Shown here piece by piece: positions 11,759 to 24,557 of a stretch of 64,000 nucleotides of DNA (the first letter of the stretch is position 1; the number at the start of each line of letters is the position of its first letter). The notes beneath the pieces were generated by a model. That model was not told where the DNA came from and made no database searches. It was given only the letters and a program-made list of their open reading frames with translations. The translations under genes were made by a program, and so were the position numbers. The DNA comes from Diadema antillarum (Eukaryota): assembly GCF_040938485.1 (NCBI RefSeq), contig NW_027270918.1:5518001-5582000 (forward strand). The letters are read 5' to 3'.

Positions 11759-11790
11759 CATATGTATATGTATAGATACACATGTGTGTG
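11188..11790. repeat. (TA)n / AT-rich microsatellite tract hosting a MITE
   Basis: Long (TA)n runs at about 11188-11220, 11345-11370, 11400-11411 and 11717-11752. Confidence 0.9.
11412..11713. mobile_element. hAT-like MITE (CAGGG terminus) inserted in (TA)n
   Basis: Left end CAGGGCTCCACACTAAC, degenerate right end GTTAGTGTCAAACC, internal GGTGGCCC/GGGCCACC motifs in both orientations. The superfamily call rests only on the CAGGG terminus. Confidence 0.55.
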
Positions 11791-13351
11791 TGTATGCTGT
11801 GTATGTTTGTGCGTACATGTATTACGTGTAAAATATGCAAATTGAATGATATTGAGTCCAACCATACCTTTACCGCTCCTGTTGTAAATTGATGATAAAT
11901 TCTTATTCGCCTCAAGTGGAGAAAAACTTTCGCCAATACTTTATAAGCATCTCCTCGCAATCTACAAGTGAAACGAACGTGTACAAGCTGAATATAAATC
12001 ATTCCTATGCTGAAAAAAATGATTATAGTCTATACGCACTTCTCAAAACCTCGTTCGAGGACAGCTTGGTGCACATGATAGTTAATGTTGCTTGCACAGG
12101 AATTGCCACGGGAAGGATACTGTTTCATTCGATTACTGCGTTTTATCTGATTACTCATTATCTTTATTCGCAAAAAGTGATACAACAAGATCGAACTTCA
12201 TCACTGAAAGTCATAAAGATGACATGCAATGACAAGGACACTTTGAATGCAAGGTATGCAGCTGGCTCTTACTTAACCAACAGGTAATTCTATGGTTTGT
12301 TGTTAGGAGATGAACAATGGTTGCCGCTAGAAAGGAATTTCCGCTTTCAGCGAAAACTACTTCAATAAAAGAAAGTTATGCAAAAGCTCCAAGATATGCT
12401 GAGGATGTCGTAATATTTCTTATTGTTAAACTTTCTGTCAAGTTCTTCATTCAAACCCAAAACCAGTTTTTAAAAAGTAATCAGACCTGCCGACTTTGGT
12501 TTGCACTGGAATTATCAATTATGATTCATAAACGTATTTATACGCATACTAACTCATGATACCTATATGTTATCATTAGAAAAAAAATAAGCGCGGGAAT
12601 GAGTACCAGTACTACCCACGCCCAATCCTTTACATAAAAAGCACATTTAGCATTTCTCTTCATTGATTTGATGTTTGATTTAAAAGAAAGTCCAATTCTT
12701 GACATAAAAAGCACATTTAGCATTTCTCTTCATTCATTTGATATTTGAGTTAAAAGGACGTAGAAAAGCGTCTCTCACTATACCCGTAAGTGCGATCAAT
12801 ACTTGACTCAGAATATAGATTTCTTCTGAATCGTCTGTAAAGAGCATCTTTTGTGCAGCGCGCATCACCGGTATCTTCTTCCCTAAAATGACGCCTTTTG
12901 TGTCACGCGGCAATCGAACGAAAGAAAAAAATTCTCATTTGACACTTTTGAAAGATAGGTCCACTTTGCTGCTTTCCTCTTTTCATTTTGTGCTTGCTGT
13001 CTACAAAACGGATGGAGTTACTCGTGAATTTCTTTCTCTGTCGACGCATCATATTCGAGAATTCAGATACATAGTGGGATTCTATCGATAGGAACATTCC
13101 TTATGTTCGTTTCCTGAGAAACGCCATAAATATTTATATTCAGATAGTGGAGATCTTATCAAGGAATTTGTCCCAAAACAAAGGAGTATTTTTTTTTCGG
13201 TCTCAAACCCGAGCCTAAAGCTCACAGGAAGACAAGAGCACATTGTTCTATATTTTTGAACTTTTCCTATCTTTATGACGCTTTGTTGAAAAAAATAACT
13301 CTATTTGTATCGTACTTTTCCTTTTCATATGAAACATTATATTCCTCTTGC

Positions 13352-13480
13352 TGTTCCTCCTTTTTGGAAAAGCGCAAGAGTTGAAAAATTAAGGTGTTGG
13401 CGTTCCATGCCAAAGACCCGGGTTCCAGTCCCGGTGGAGACAATTTTTCAACTCTTGCGCTTTTCCGAAAAGGAGGAACA
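13352..13480. repeat. 39-bp inverted repeat (1 mismatch) enclosing a tRNA-like 3' segment
   Basis: Arms at 13352-13390 and 13442-13480. The loop contains the stem TTGGC/GCCAA around GTTCCAT and the T-arm CCGGG-TTCCAGT-CCCGG. There is no D-arm or 5' acceptor strand, so it is not a tRNA gene. Confidence 0.8.
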
Positions 13481-13511
13481 TTGAGATGAATAATGATGTC
13501 AAATCTAGGCA

Positions 13512-13672
13512 NNNNNNNNNNNNNNNNNNNNNNNNNNNNNNNNNNNNNNNNNNNNNNNNNNNNNNNNNNNNNNNNNNNNNNNNNNNNNNNNNNNNNNNNN
13601 NNNNNNNNNNNNNNNNNNNNNNNNNNNNNNNNNNNNNNNNNNNNNNNNNNNNNNNNNNNNNNNNNNNNNNNN
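13512..13672. other. Assembly gap
   Basis: Run of N. Confidence 1.
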
Positions 13673-15821
13673 CACGAATTACATTGATTTTTTTTCAAAC
13701 TGCAGAAGTATAATTATACCTATATTGATGGGTGGATATCATTAAATTTCGAATGCTATAGATGTGAGCAGATATAAGCATATATCACAAACAAATAATA
13801 TCAAACAAATAATGTGAAGGTTATGTACAAAAACACAATATGTCTATACCCACATGTACAAAAACACAATATGTCTATATACAATGTATATATATACAAT
13901 GTGATTTAGGAGAAAAAAAAAATCCCGTATCACATAACAGGATTGAAGAATATTGGATAATTCGGGGGGACTAGTCATCAGGTTTTAACCGGAACTTGTT
14001 CACTAGTCCGATGTTTTCCCTAACAAAGAAACGCCTTAAACATACAATGGTGAAAAGGAGTGATCAATCCTTGATGAAAACTGCTATGAGCCGTTAATGT
14101 TTTGATGTTTAGAGTCATTGGGTGATGAAACCAGTGAAACAGACGAAATGTGGAATAAAGACTACAGAATATCAACATGACAGTTATAGTAAAAGATTCT
14201 GCTTCATCAAGAAACCTGATATACGGCTGTTGGTGAAATGAATAGTACTTTTTTTGTGTGTAGAATGTCGAGTGTCCACTTCTACAGTGCAAGCGAAGAT
14301 TTTATACATATCTTACAGTGTGTCAGCTTTAGAAGTATAGAATATAAAATTAAATATAACAAAACACCATCATAAAATACAACCCTTTACAGCAGGTTTT
14401 AGAAACAGCACTAACGCATTTTAGCTGTAACTTTCTTCCCATCTACTACACAGAGCAATTAAGGCCGGTGTGCTAGTTACTTTTTGCTACAGCCGTGCAT
14501 GCTACCAAGTTTTCCTGATCATTTCACCTGTCTGATCATGAGAAGTGACAGGGGAAAAGGCATGATGAAGGAAGAAAATGTTCTCATTCAGATCTTCATT
14601 TCAGCTCCAATTACGTTCAGTGCATGGTCCAACCACTTTCGGAATTTTACAAGATAAAACTGTTTTCAAAATGCTGTAATAGTAAGAAAGAGTTACGAAC
14701 ACCCCCCCCCTCCAATATTATCACTTCAGAACAGAACGTAAACGACATAAAGTATATAAATGTATCTGCGTTACTTGTTGATTATAAGACACTGACCCAC
14801 CTGACAACTTTTAACTATCTTACGTAAAAAGACATTGAAATATATAATTTGATTATGCACGTTCAGATTCCACAAGACAAAACTCCATTGCCTGTTCTGG
14901 ACAAAGTATACGAGTTTCCATACATGAAAAGATTTCAATATGCACTGACTATGAAAATCAAATCTCCCAAAACATCCATTCATTCAAAAAGTAAGTAAAC
15001 CGTTTATGATACAAAATGCGGGGCTATGTATGCAAAAAAAAAAAAAAGAAGAGGAAAGAAAAGAGTTTAGTCTTTGGTAATTGGGTGGGGGTCGATACAT
15101 ACACAATTTTCTTAGAAATTGTGTTGTCTCTTAATGTATAGTTTCCAATGTCAAAACAAACCAAAACAAAGCTAATCTTAGCTGGTCATAAAACGTATGA
15201 AATATATGTCATGAAATATGCGGAGGGTTTAATGAGGGCAAATATCACTTATTGTAGATTTCATATACAACGATTAATGATATTGATAGATTTATCTTAC
15301 ATCATACAAAATCCAGCCTCGGGCAAGCGCAGAAACATACTATCACAGAAAGAGTGCAAAAGCACCACATGAGCATTTTGGAGGCTTCCAAACTGTGATA
15401 CGTTAAATGTGACGGTTATCTTAAAAACGTTCATGTACAAGTACTCTACTAGTAGTACTCGACTAGTATAGTCGTACAGGATTGAAACATAATATTACAT
15501 GTCCGTATTGATAACAAAGAGAGTGCGTGTATACTCATCAAATCACTCGAATATTGCAACGATCCTTGCAAACAGTTAGTTACCAAGAGTTAAACCGAAT
15601 TTATGAACGCATTGCATGATCTTCATTCATGACATTCTAAATTTTGATTACATAAGCCTTTAAATGTTTAAAAGTCTTACATTATACCTTTGCCTTACTT
15701 TATTTAATGAATGCAATTTACAGTGAACTGATATGCGTATGGTCAGTTTTATGAAGAATCTACTGAGCTCATTTTTTTAAATCTTTAAACGTCCTTAACA
15801 AATATAGTAAATCCTTAAGCT

Positions 15822-16127
15822 TCAAATATTTACGCTTTTCTGTGGAGATCTTTCCTTGCAATGATTAAAAAGCATGTTCTTTAATGTTGACCTGAGAAGC
15901 GGCTGGCTTACTGCGTAGGAGATCGGGTTCAGAAGGCCGTTACAGGATGCCAACCAGGTGAAAAAGAGTCTTCCAGGTCGAGGTAATCCCTGGAAGACCA
16001 GCAGGGGATTGATGGAGTAGATCAAACCGATGATGCTCTGGGGTAACCAGGCAACAACGAAAGATAGTACGATGAACAAGAGGGTTCGTGTTGCTTTCCG
16101 CATTTCGGCAGCCGACTCACGCTTCCG
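15822..16127 (-). CDS. GPCR B1 exon 2 (TM6-TM7, C-tail)
   Basis: Polypyrimidine tract plus TTCCAG|CGG AAG CGT GAG, phase 0; AWLPQS, NPISY. Confidence 0.9.
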   Translation of the reverse strand, partial: RKRESAAEMRKATRTLLFIVLSFVVAWLPQSIIGLIYSINPLLVFQGLPRPGRLFFTWLASCNGLLNPISYAVSQPLLRSTLKNMLFNHCKERSPQKSVNI

Positions 16128-16443
16128 CTGGAAATAGGGAACAAGGAAAAGCATTTTTGAATTCATACCGTCACATACCTTGGTCTCTTATCATTATCAA
16201 AGACCTTAACAACAAAATTTCCTTCAATAATGTGCCATCTAAAAGAGTTTGCTCCTATTACTGATTATAAGAAATTATAACAAAAAATGATATTTGTGGG
16301 ATATGCGTTTTGTACGTTGTGTTCTATGATAAACTTCTAGATACAGTGAGTTACCTTCTTTTTCTTTTCCATTTCTCATATCATCCATGTCTAAGTCAAA
16401 ATATTTGACAGACTGAGGTGTTTTGTTTAGAGGCATTATGTAC

Positions 16444-16757
16444 TTCCAGATCGTTTTTCCGAAGGTTCGTTAATCCGAAAATGAAGAAGAGAGTTTTGTT
16501 TTAAGGGTTTTAAAAAAAAAATGAAATAAGGTCCCTAGTTTCGAAGATTCGTAAGTACGCAGTTGTTCTTTTTTTTTTCATTTTTGGATTAAGGAACTCG
16601 ATGCCATTTTAGGATTAACGAACCTTTGTAATATTAAACCTTCGAAATAGCTCCGCAGAACGTTAGGGTTAACGAAACCTATTTCATTTTCGAACATGTG
16701 GTATACGGAAAATGTGTGTTACAAAATAACGAACCCTCAGAATGACGAACAACACCC
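16444..16757. mobile_element. Second copy of the TTCGGAATAACGAACC foldback element, in the B1 intron
   Basis: Same left end (ttccagatcgtttttccgaagg) and right end (acgaacaacaccc) as 5369-6937. Confidence 0.65.
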
Positions 16758-16920
16758 ATGTATAGATGCACATAAAATGTATTTGATTGCTGCATTTTTT
16801 TTTTTTTTTGGTCAAGATTTGTCCATATCCGGATATATTAACCATTACCCATTTACTTATGTAAAGAAGTGTCCACTTATATTGTTGTATTGCTAATTTT
16901 GTCTCATTATAGTAAAAACA

Positions 16921-17394
16921 TTTGAAGGAGAACTCCGGCTGATTTTCATACTTTACATTTGAACAACAGCAATTGGTAATAGTGGTACAGACTTTCAGAA
17001 TGTATAGTGATTGGGATTCAGAAATAAGAATGTTTTCAAAATCTATAAACAAATCGAAATGAACAAGGATGATGACATAACAGCTTCACCATATGAATGC
17101 ATGCGTGGGGGCTCAAGGAACCAGAACAAAAGAAGAAAGCACGCATAAATTCGATACAGGTGACCTTGTCCTTGCAATCTCTATCGTAATGGAATCACAT
17201 TGCTACATTTCTGAAACGTGTGAACCTCCTGTACTGATGCATTCTTATGCTGAGCCCCCACTGTTTTAGTCTTTTCAGAGTATTGGTTTCACTTCTCAAG
17301 GACCGCAATTAATTCCATAAATCTAGACATGGAGCTTTCGAACACGTACTACATGAAGTGAAGTTCTGAAAATTGCCTGGATTTCCCCTTTTAA
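16921..17394. mobile_element. Degenerate TTAA-type (Kolobok-like) MITE in the B1 intron
   Basis: Ends gaaggagaactccggctgat ... gatttcccctt-TTAA; internally colinear with 22247-23319. Confidence 0.55.
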
Positions 17395-17701
17395 GACAGG
17401 AGATTAAACTATCTTATAAAACATATAACATTCTGCAACGTACAACAAACACAAAAGGTTCATTTCATCTTCTTATCTCTAAAAGCCAGTCATTTATTAA
17501 TTGTCAATTTCACAACTTATCTTCAGATCTTCATAAAGGATTCTGAAATAACTTGTTTTATATGGGCTTGCTACAGCAGGGAGTAATAACGAAATCAAAT
17601 ATTCTTAAACACACACATTTTAGAGCGGTAATAGACTTATCGTCGTGTTAGTTAACATGACGATTTCACCGTTGAGAAAGGGGGAAAAGCTGATCTCTTA
17701 C

Positions 17702-18592
17702 GATTGGTTTCGTGTTGATAGTTGAACCTGCTTTTCCGGTACTCCTCCTTGGCATATCTTGTCCATATTCCTTTTCTCTGACCGACTCAACGTCGGTATC
17801 GATAACTGGATCATTCAGAGACGAGGTTGTGGTGACCTTGGTAAGATCTGCAACAGCTGTACTGATATCATCCTTCACATCAAATTTCTTTTCGACAAGT
17901 TTCCCACCCCTCGTCTTTCTGATCTTTAGAAATATACGAAGGTAGAGAACGGAGATTATAACGAGCGGCAGGTAAAAGATAACAATGCCATTGACTATGG
18001 ACACGCCTGGCATGTTAGTATATCGACGAACGCAGTGACGTCCGTTGTCAAAGTTGTCCACGAACTCCCATGTTGTGATGAACAACATCCAAAAAGAAAA
18101 AGCACCAAGCCACGCCAGGGAGTTAAGAAACAAAGCCTTACGTTTGCTGCGAGTCATAAAATGGTTGATGGGGTCGTAAGTTGCACGATGTCGGTCAGCG
18201 CAGATGATCACGACGACGAAATTAGAACCACCGATGATAGCCTGACTTATCCCGCTCAGGATCTTGCAAAGGGTTTGGTTCAAAGGATAGTAGCCGACGT
18301 GGGTATGGACAACAGTAATAATAAGATATACACCAGAGAGAAGATCAAGAATGGATAGGTTGATGATAAAGTAGTTGTTGTAAGTGCGAAGTTTTTTGTT
18401 GACGCAAAAAGCTGCAAGAGTGAGAAAATTTGCGACAATGATGCAGGCCGTAAACAGAGAGGGCCAGAGGAGACCGAAAATGCTGGAAGAGTTCGACCCT
18501 CCAGATTTAGGGTATACTTCACTCCCGGTTGAATTGTCGAGAACAATTTCAACCCAAAGTGTAGGGTATGTCTGCACTGATGCCGTGGTCAT
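17702..18592 (-). CDS. GPCR B1 exon 1; 398 aa with exon 2
   Basis: KKLRTYNNYFIINLSILD, C3.25, DRH, AWL, RHC, FYLP; donor ATC|GTAAGA conserved in B2 and B3, phase 0. Confidence 0.92.
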
Positions 18593-19031
18593 ATTTACCC
18601 TGATTATTACGTTGAAAGAAATAGTCTGTCTCCGATCTGGGAAGATTTACTTCACCAATCTCAGTAAACTACAAAGTCAAATAATATGTAAAGGAGCTGT
18701 ACAGACAAGGGCAAAAATGCATCAACTAACTGCAATGATAAGTATTTCACTTGACTTAGCAAATTGTCATGCTCTTTTGAAAGTAGCTCATTGATGCTGC
18801 AGAGAACTACGAGCAGTTTACTACCTGATACTGAATTCAAATTGCTAGAATATATGGAATTTTGCTCAAAGACGTGTTACAAGGCTGAGATGACAAGTTC
18901 ACAATCTCGATTAAAGCGGTAGACCTCCTGCAATGAGTCTCTTTATGACCAGGACGGTGTAAGCTATAAAATATAGAGATATAGGGTGATTCCGGAAAGC
19001 AATAACGAGGGTGTCTTAAAAACAAATATCC

Positions 19032-19100
19032 TTTATAAAAGCTTGCACTCTATTGGCTGGTGGATTGGCACGATCACGTGACTGGATACCATTGTGACGT
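19032..19100 (-). promoter_or_regulatory. B1 core promoter: TATAAA, two CCAAT boxes, CACGTG E-box, TGACG half-site
   Basis: On the minus strand: TATAAA 19037-19032, CCAAT 19056-19052 and 19068-19064, CACGTG 19075-19080. The block is positionally conserved about 420-440 nt upstream of the B2 and B3 ATGs. Confidence 0.6.
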
Positions 19101-20989
19101 GTTTCAAGGCCGCCTACGTTGTCGTCTGCGCGGTCCTCTTATACCTGGTAAAATTAAATCTTCTTGATTATGCCAAGAACATTATTGACGAAGAGAAGTT
19201 TGGAAATTTAACCTAGCGCCATAAGGAGCTCCAAAGTTACTCGTTTTGTTTTGTTTGTTTTGGTTTAGATGACAAATAATGCACGTTAAAAGACCCACTG
19301 AATACTAGTTAATTAATTGAAATGCTTGTATGAAATTGCTGGTGTTACAGTAGGACTGTACTCGACATTACACATTGACTAATATATATATTTGCATAAT
19401 GACATGCCATAATAAGACAGATTCATTGACTGAATTAGTTGGTTTGAAAGAGCCACAGTGATCATGATTATACTGTAATGCATTCTCTCTCCCGCCTTTT
19501 GAAGCACAAGATATCTTTTTCCCCGGGATATAAAGTGTACATAACTTTTTATTTTGTCTTATTTGCCTTGGGAGTGTGACTTTAAGCCTGATATGAAAGA
19601 CATTTGTCAAATCAAGCAAAGCGGACTCTTCGGCTCTACTGTATTCGTGTAAAGGTTCAATATCGGCAATTATGATAAATACACGAGAAATGGAACCGCC
19701 TCTGTTGCACAGGTATACAATGGAATGGAGAGCATAATAGGTTCAATGAAGCCCGAACTCTTTCACACTCTTTCACACAGGAGACTGAAGAAAACATTCA
19801 TTCTTTGAATTGCCACGTCTGCAATAAAATTCCCAGCATGAATTACCGGAGGCTAGTTTTGTGATAGAAGAATAGCATAATGCATATCAAGAAAGGCCGA
19901 GAAAACACCGTTGCCATGCTGTATTTAACCACTTTCGTACTGAATTCTAAAATCCTCATAGACTTAATACACAGGTCACCAGGTTCCCGAAGTGAACGGG
20001 TTAAATGTTGACATTGTGTCTTTTTTTGTCGACGATTTCTGGCTATGACATTTCCTTCTCAAGGGTAACATATTATCAATAGCAATAGAGAATCTATATT
20101 ACGCCCCTTTTTCTTTCATCGACGTAGGAGTATGTCTAAGAGATAGGGATTTACGAAAATGAAAAAGAGGGTATTGAATAGCTTTTATTATCTTTCTGTA
20201 AACCAAAGGAAGGCTTTCCGAAATGTTCCACGGCTCCTATTACCTATGGCGTCATGAAAAGCAGCAATCAAATTAAAGAAGAACATCAAACCCTCTCATC
20301 TAAATAGATTTTACAAAATATTTGAGTAAGCATATTTTCCTTTTGTGTGTGTTATGGCAGTTCTAACTTTATCGTCATTGTTCATATTTTTTTCTCTCCC
20401 TCATTTTTTTCTTCATGTGAAAGTATTATGGACTTCCATGAATATTGCATATACCCAGTAGATGGAAAGACTAGAAAGTGAGACTGTATGAAGAGTCTAT
20501 TTATTCATCTATATTTTTGCTAATCCGTTTTGTGTTGGAAATATTACCCTTGGTTGGGTACTGTCAATCAAACTGCAAAATGCTTGACTAGTATAATAGG
20601 TTAATGATATTAAGTCGAATGTCATCGAAATGAAGGGTTCGATACCAACGAAGAAACACTGTTATGCAATGAGTCATCCAACATCTGGAATTATCTTCCT
20701 CATGAATTACGTTAGTATGAGAAACAAAATATACTTGTTAGAGGCAAGCAAGAAAATGTCCCCTTTTTGTGGTAAATATGCACCAGTAATGGTTCTTGCC
20801 TGAAATTCCTTACATCTTCCCGTATACGTCACGTAGACGTAGTAACGGGTCTTTCCGTGTTACCAGGGTTATTGTATTTGCATACCTTTGATTATCATGC
20901 TGAATTAAGAGCACTTCTCTCTTAATTTCCTCTCAACTTCTCTGAAATTTCTTCTCTTCTATCATATTCCTTACTTTGAACCTACTGAA

Positions 20990-21480
20990 TGTGATATTAC
21001 ATTTGTGTGTGTGTGTGTGTGTGTCTGCCGTTCGTCGTCCGTCCGTCAGTCCGTCCGTCCGTCTTGCCATCCGTAACTCATTTTATGGTTATACAAACCG
21101 TTTGAGGTGTCATAGGAAAACTGTGGGAATTTCGGGGTCATTGAGTGAAAGGTCATGTTAAAATGCTATAATTCTACATTTTGATGCTTAAATTACACTA
21201 ATTCCTCCATACCTTGTAGATTACTCAGTGCATAAAATTAATCAAACTATATATATCTGTGCATGTTACTGCACAATGATCTTGGAGGGAAAGATTTTGG
21301 TCATGGGGTGAAAGGTCAAGTGAAAATGTTAAAATGTCACGATATGAACGTATCTTGAAAATATCTCAAAGTATTGTCATGAAAATGGATGCTAACAGTT
21401 TGTGATTATTTGAAGAATTGTGGGTCAAATTACAAGGGTCAAAGGTCAAGTGAAATGCTAAATTTTCCAAATACTTGCTT
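20990..21480 (-). mobile_element. HINE/Helentron-like non-autonomous element (GACG microsatellite plus TGACCT-type repeats)
   Basis: (GT)n then (CGTC)n, followed by three related units ending aaaggtca(t/a)gt.aaaatg. The architecture mirrors 51831-52935. Confidence 0.45.
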
Positions 21481-21782
21481 TCTATTAGCCATCAATCCAA
21501 ATGAAACCTAGTTAAAGGAAAGTGGGCCGAATAGGTAATACCCACTTTGCACAAATGCATTTTCATGGCAACATTATATACCCCCTCAATCACCCCTTTG
21601 TCCAGAAAGTTGGCAATTCCAGACAGGGAAAACTAACTCCCTACAAGACAAAGTTCTAAAAAGGCACGTAATCAAAGTCAATATGACAGTGTTGTGTCCC
21701 ATCGTCCCATCGTTCAAATCAGTGACGTTGAATGCAACAAGATATCGAAATAAGCAGAGATGATGATGTAACTACCTTTGCG

Positions 21783-22190
21783 AAGTCCTGTACAAATTGT
21801 AAGTATTAGGTCGTACAATTTCCTTTCAGCATGAAATCACAGTGACAATAATTTGTATTCCTCATGGTAGTCGCATTATAATTTAGCATCGACGACCTTT
21901 AAGGGGAGAGCGATTGTAGTTGTTGAATCAGAAACAACACAAATGATGTTGATTAACTTCTTTCAAGTCCTGTACAAATTGTAAGTATTAGGGCGCACAA
22001 TTTCCTTTCAGTATGAAATCACAATGACAATAATTTGTATTCCTTATGGTAGTCGGATTATAATTTAGCATCGACGACCTTTAAGGGGAGAGCGATTGTA
22101 GTTGTTGAATCAGAAACAACACAAATGATGTTGATTATCTTCTTTCAAGTCCTGTACAAATTGTAAGTATTAGGGCGTTTCAATTTGTAA
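21783..22190. repeat. 182-bp tandem repeat, about 2.2 copies
   Basis: AAGTCCTGTACAAATTGTAAGTATTAGG starts at 21783, 21965 and 22147. Confidence 0.85.
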
Positions 22191-22246
22191 AGTGTTGATA
22201 TCATTGCTTCCTATTTGCTGTTGTATCCAGACTTTCATGTACCGCC

Positions 22247-23319
22247 TTAAAGGGGAGCTCCGGCTGATATTCAGACTTTTTCATTGGAACAACTATTGTT
22301 CATACTGCGTATAGGAGAGTTTCAGAATTGACAGTAATTATCAGCTTCGCCAACGCGCACAAATGGGCACGCCAAAGAGCCCTCTCACAGATGCAATGTG
22401 GGATTCCTCGAGAGCATTGTCGCTTCCGGGTGTTTGCCACGTTTCTCAGTTCCCATGGGATTTAATGCAAAATTCTTTCGTTGCTCCTCTATTCCTGGGT
22501 CAGAATTAAGCTTTAAAAAAGTCGAAAACTTATACTAATTAAGAATTTAACGATACCTCTGGATTAAGACGGAACGTGACCTGGATGCAATCGCAGCCAA
22601 AACCGGATGCAACTTTATCCCATGTGCTATCCCATAATGCATCTAAAACGCTGCTCACCGCACGGCACCTGATACTGGTTTAGATAAGGAGAAAGAATGT
22701 TTATAAAAATTGTAACAAATCACAATTGAACAAGGATAATGACATAGCAGCTTTACAGTAGGCGTTGTATCACTCTGATCGAGAAAATTTCTCGAGTCCA
22801 ACTCGGGATATTTCTGAAATAGCGGGATAACATAGCGAACTAGCGCGCTATTTGATGATGTGAAATCGCCTCAAGAAATTAGCGCGATGCATCCCATCAT
22901 GCCTAGCGTGTGTTACCCGAAAGCGTGCGCTGTACTGGTATACCCGACACTGTTTGCGCTTGCTCAGCTGTCGAATTAGCTCGAAAAAAATTTCGAGCTA
23001 ATTCTCTTCGGGCTGATGTGAATAGGAAGTGAAATAGCGCGCTAATTTGCGATCGCGGGGTATTGTAATGGAATTGCATCGCTACATTTCTGTATAAGTC
23101 ATAGTATGTGAGCTCCCTACTCATGCATACTAATGGTGAGCCTCCACTCATTTGTTCTTACGGTGAACTGCTTCTTTGTTAAGTGTATTTTTTCCGTTTT
23201 CAGAACATTGTTTTCTCTGCTCAAGGACCACAATTAAGTCGAAGAATCTAAACTGGGAGCTGTCCATTTATGTATTACATGATGTGAAATTATGTAAATC
23301 GCCTTGATTTTCCCTCTAA
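22247..23319. mobile_element. TTAA-type (Kolobok-like) MITE of the same family as 16921-17394, carrying extra inserts including a CG-rich palindromic segment at about 22770-23060
   Basis: TTAA-AGGGGAGCTCCGGCTGAT left end and gattttccctc-taa right end; colinear with 16921-17394 at about 22700-22760 and 23065-23319. Confidence 0.55.
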
Positions 23320-24096
23320 GTTCATCGCTAAATCCTATTTGTGCCTAAGTGAATTTACATGGATCCTAGGTGTAAATTTTCGGAAACCAAAGAATCAATT
23401 TTCTGAATGAATGCCAATCGTCGTTCTAATTCAACATCAATATCTTAACCCGTCCTTGTCTCTGAATACGTCAACTCTTGATTGTCTGACTAACCATTGT
23501 GTCTATACTATCGTTGTAGCTGAAGAAGCATTTCTTCTCCTTTCTGTATACAGCTTTCTAATCTGATCTCTGAATAGCGCCCTCTCCCGTCAGCAAAATG
23601 TGTCTGTGAACATGGACACATACACAGACACAATCAAATTGACTTTCACAAACTCTGTTAAATCAAAGAGACAGAGAAATAAAATTTGCATTGGTATCTC
23701 ACAAATATAAGACATTTTGACATTTCAGTTTGTTTATTAATTCATTCATTTTTGAACGCCTTTACCTGCTGGTTAACTGCTGAGTCCACCATTACAAACT
23801 AATATTCTACTTTCCACTATAGATTATGTTGTGATATCATATTCTACTTCTCATGAAAATTGAGTCCCTCTTGAATCAAACTCTCTCTCTCTCTCTCTCT
23901 CTCAAAAAAAATGACATCTTATCAGTCATGTTCAGGACAATTGTAGTACCTAATGTTTCTGAGTTATCATAAGACGACTGGTGCAGTCTCTAACTGACAC
24001 GACCTTCTGCTAGTTACACACTTAAACTGGTGAGGATTGTAGAGAATGACTGCCACTGTCGCTCGACTGAAAGCAATGTTAATTTGCTCATCATGT

Positions 24097-24535
24097 GGGG
24101 GCGCTGTGGCATAGTGGATAAGAATCCCGGTTCTCAATCGGGGGACCCGAGTTTGATTCCCGCCCAGTGCTTACATCCTTGAACGAGAGGTATTTTTTTT
24201 TTAATCCACAATGTCTCTCTCGGCTACCTGGCTACCTGGCAATGCTAGAGTAATACTGGTAGCAGGGCTCTCTGCCTCATGTTACTATCGATGTAATGAA
24301 AAGTGTATACTTCCAATGATTAACTTGTTCGGTACATGTATTGTAGTTTTATAAGCTATGTATTAATGCATTGTATAGTAATGTAACGTCAGAGTGAGGG
24401 GACTGAATTATATCAGTTCGCTTTTCACAAGCCCCCCAATTTTCATTTTCACCAAGTCATTATTATTATTATTATCATTATGATTACTATTATTATCACC
24501 ATTGTTATTATTATTATCATTATTATTATTATTGA
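24097..24535 (+). mobile_element. tRNA-derived SINE with (ATT)n tail
   Basis: A box TGGCATAGTGG at 24107, B box GAGTTTGATTCCC at 24149, core-like CAGTGCTTACATCCTTG...TACCTGGC, and a 3' (ATT)n tail. Confidence 0.75.
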
Positions 24536-24557
24536 TATGATGAGGAGGATGACGATC

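Noticed and set aside
11114-12002. ORFs rich in YI/IY, HT or CV (also about 37471-37947, 45098-45378, 47973-48240, 49007-49393)
   Set aside because: They are translations of (TA)n and (CA)n microsatellites or N gaps.
13391-13441. tRNA-Gly(TCC) gene
   Set aside because: No 5' acceptor strand, D-arm or A box; embedded in an inverted repeat.
18035-18358. Recurrent antisense ORFs over GPCR exons (MTSVVK... at 18035, 45924, 57093; also 8329, 27182)
   Set aside because: Lengths and stops vary between paralogs. This is the expected shadow of conserved sense codons.
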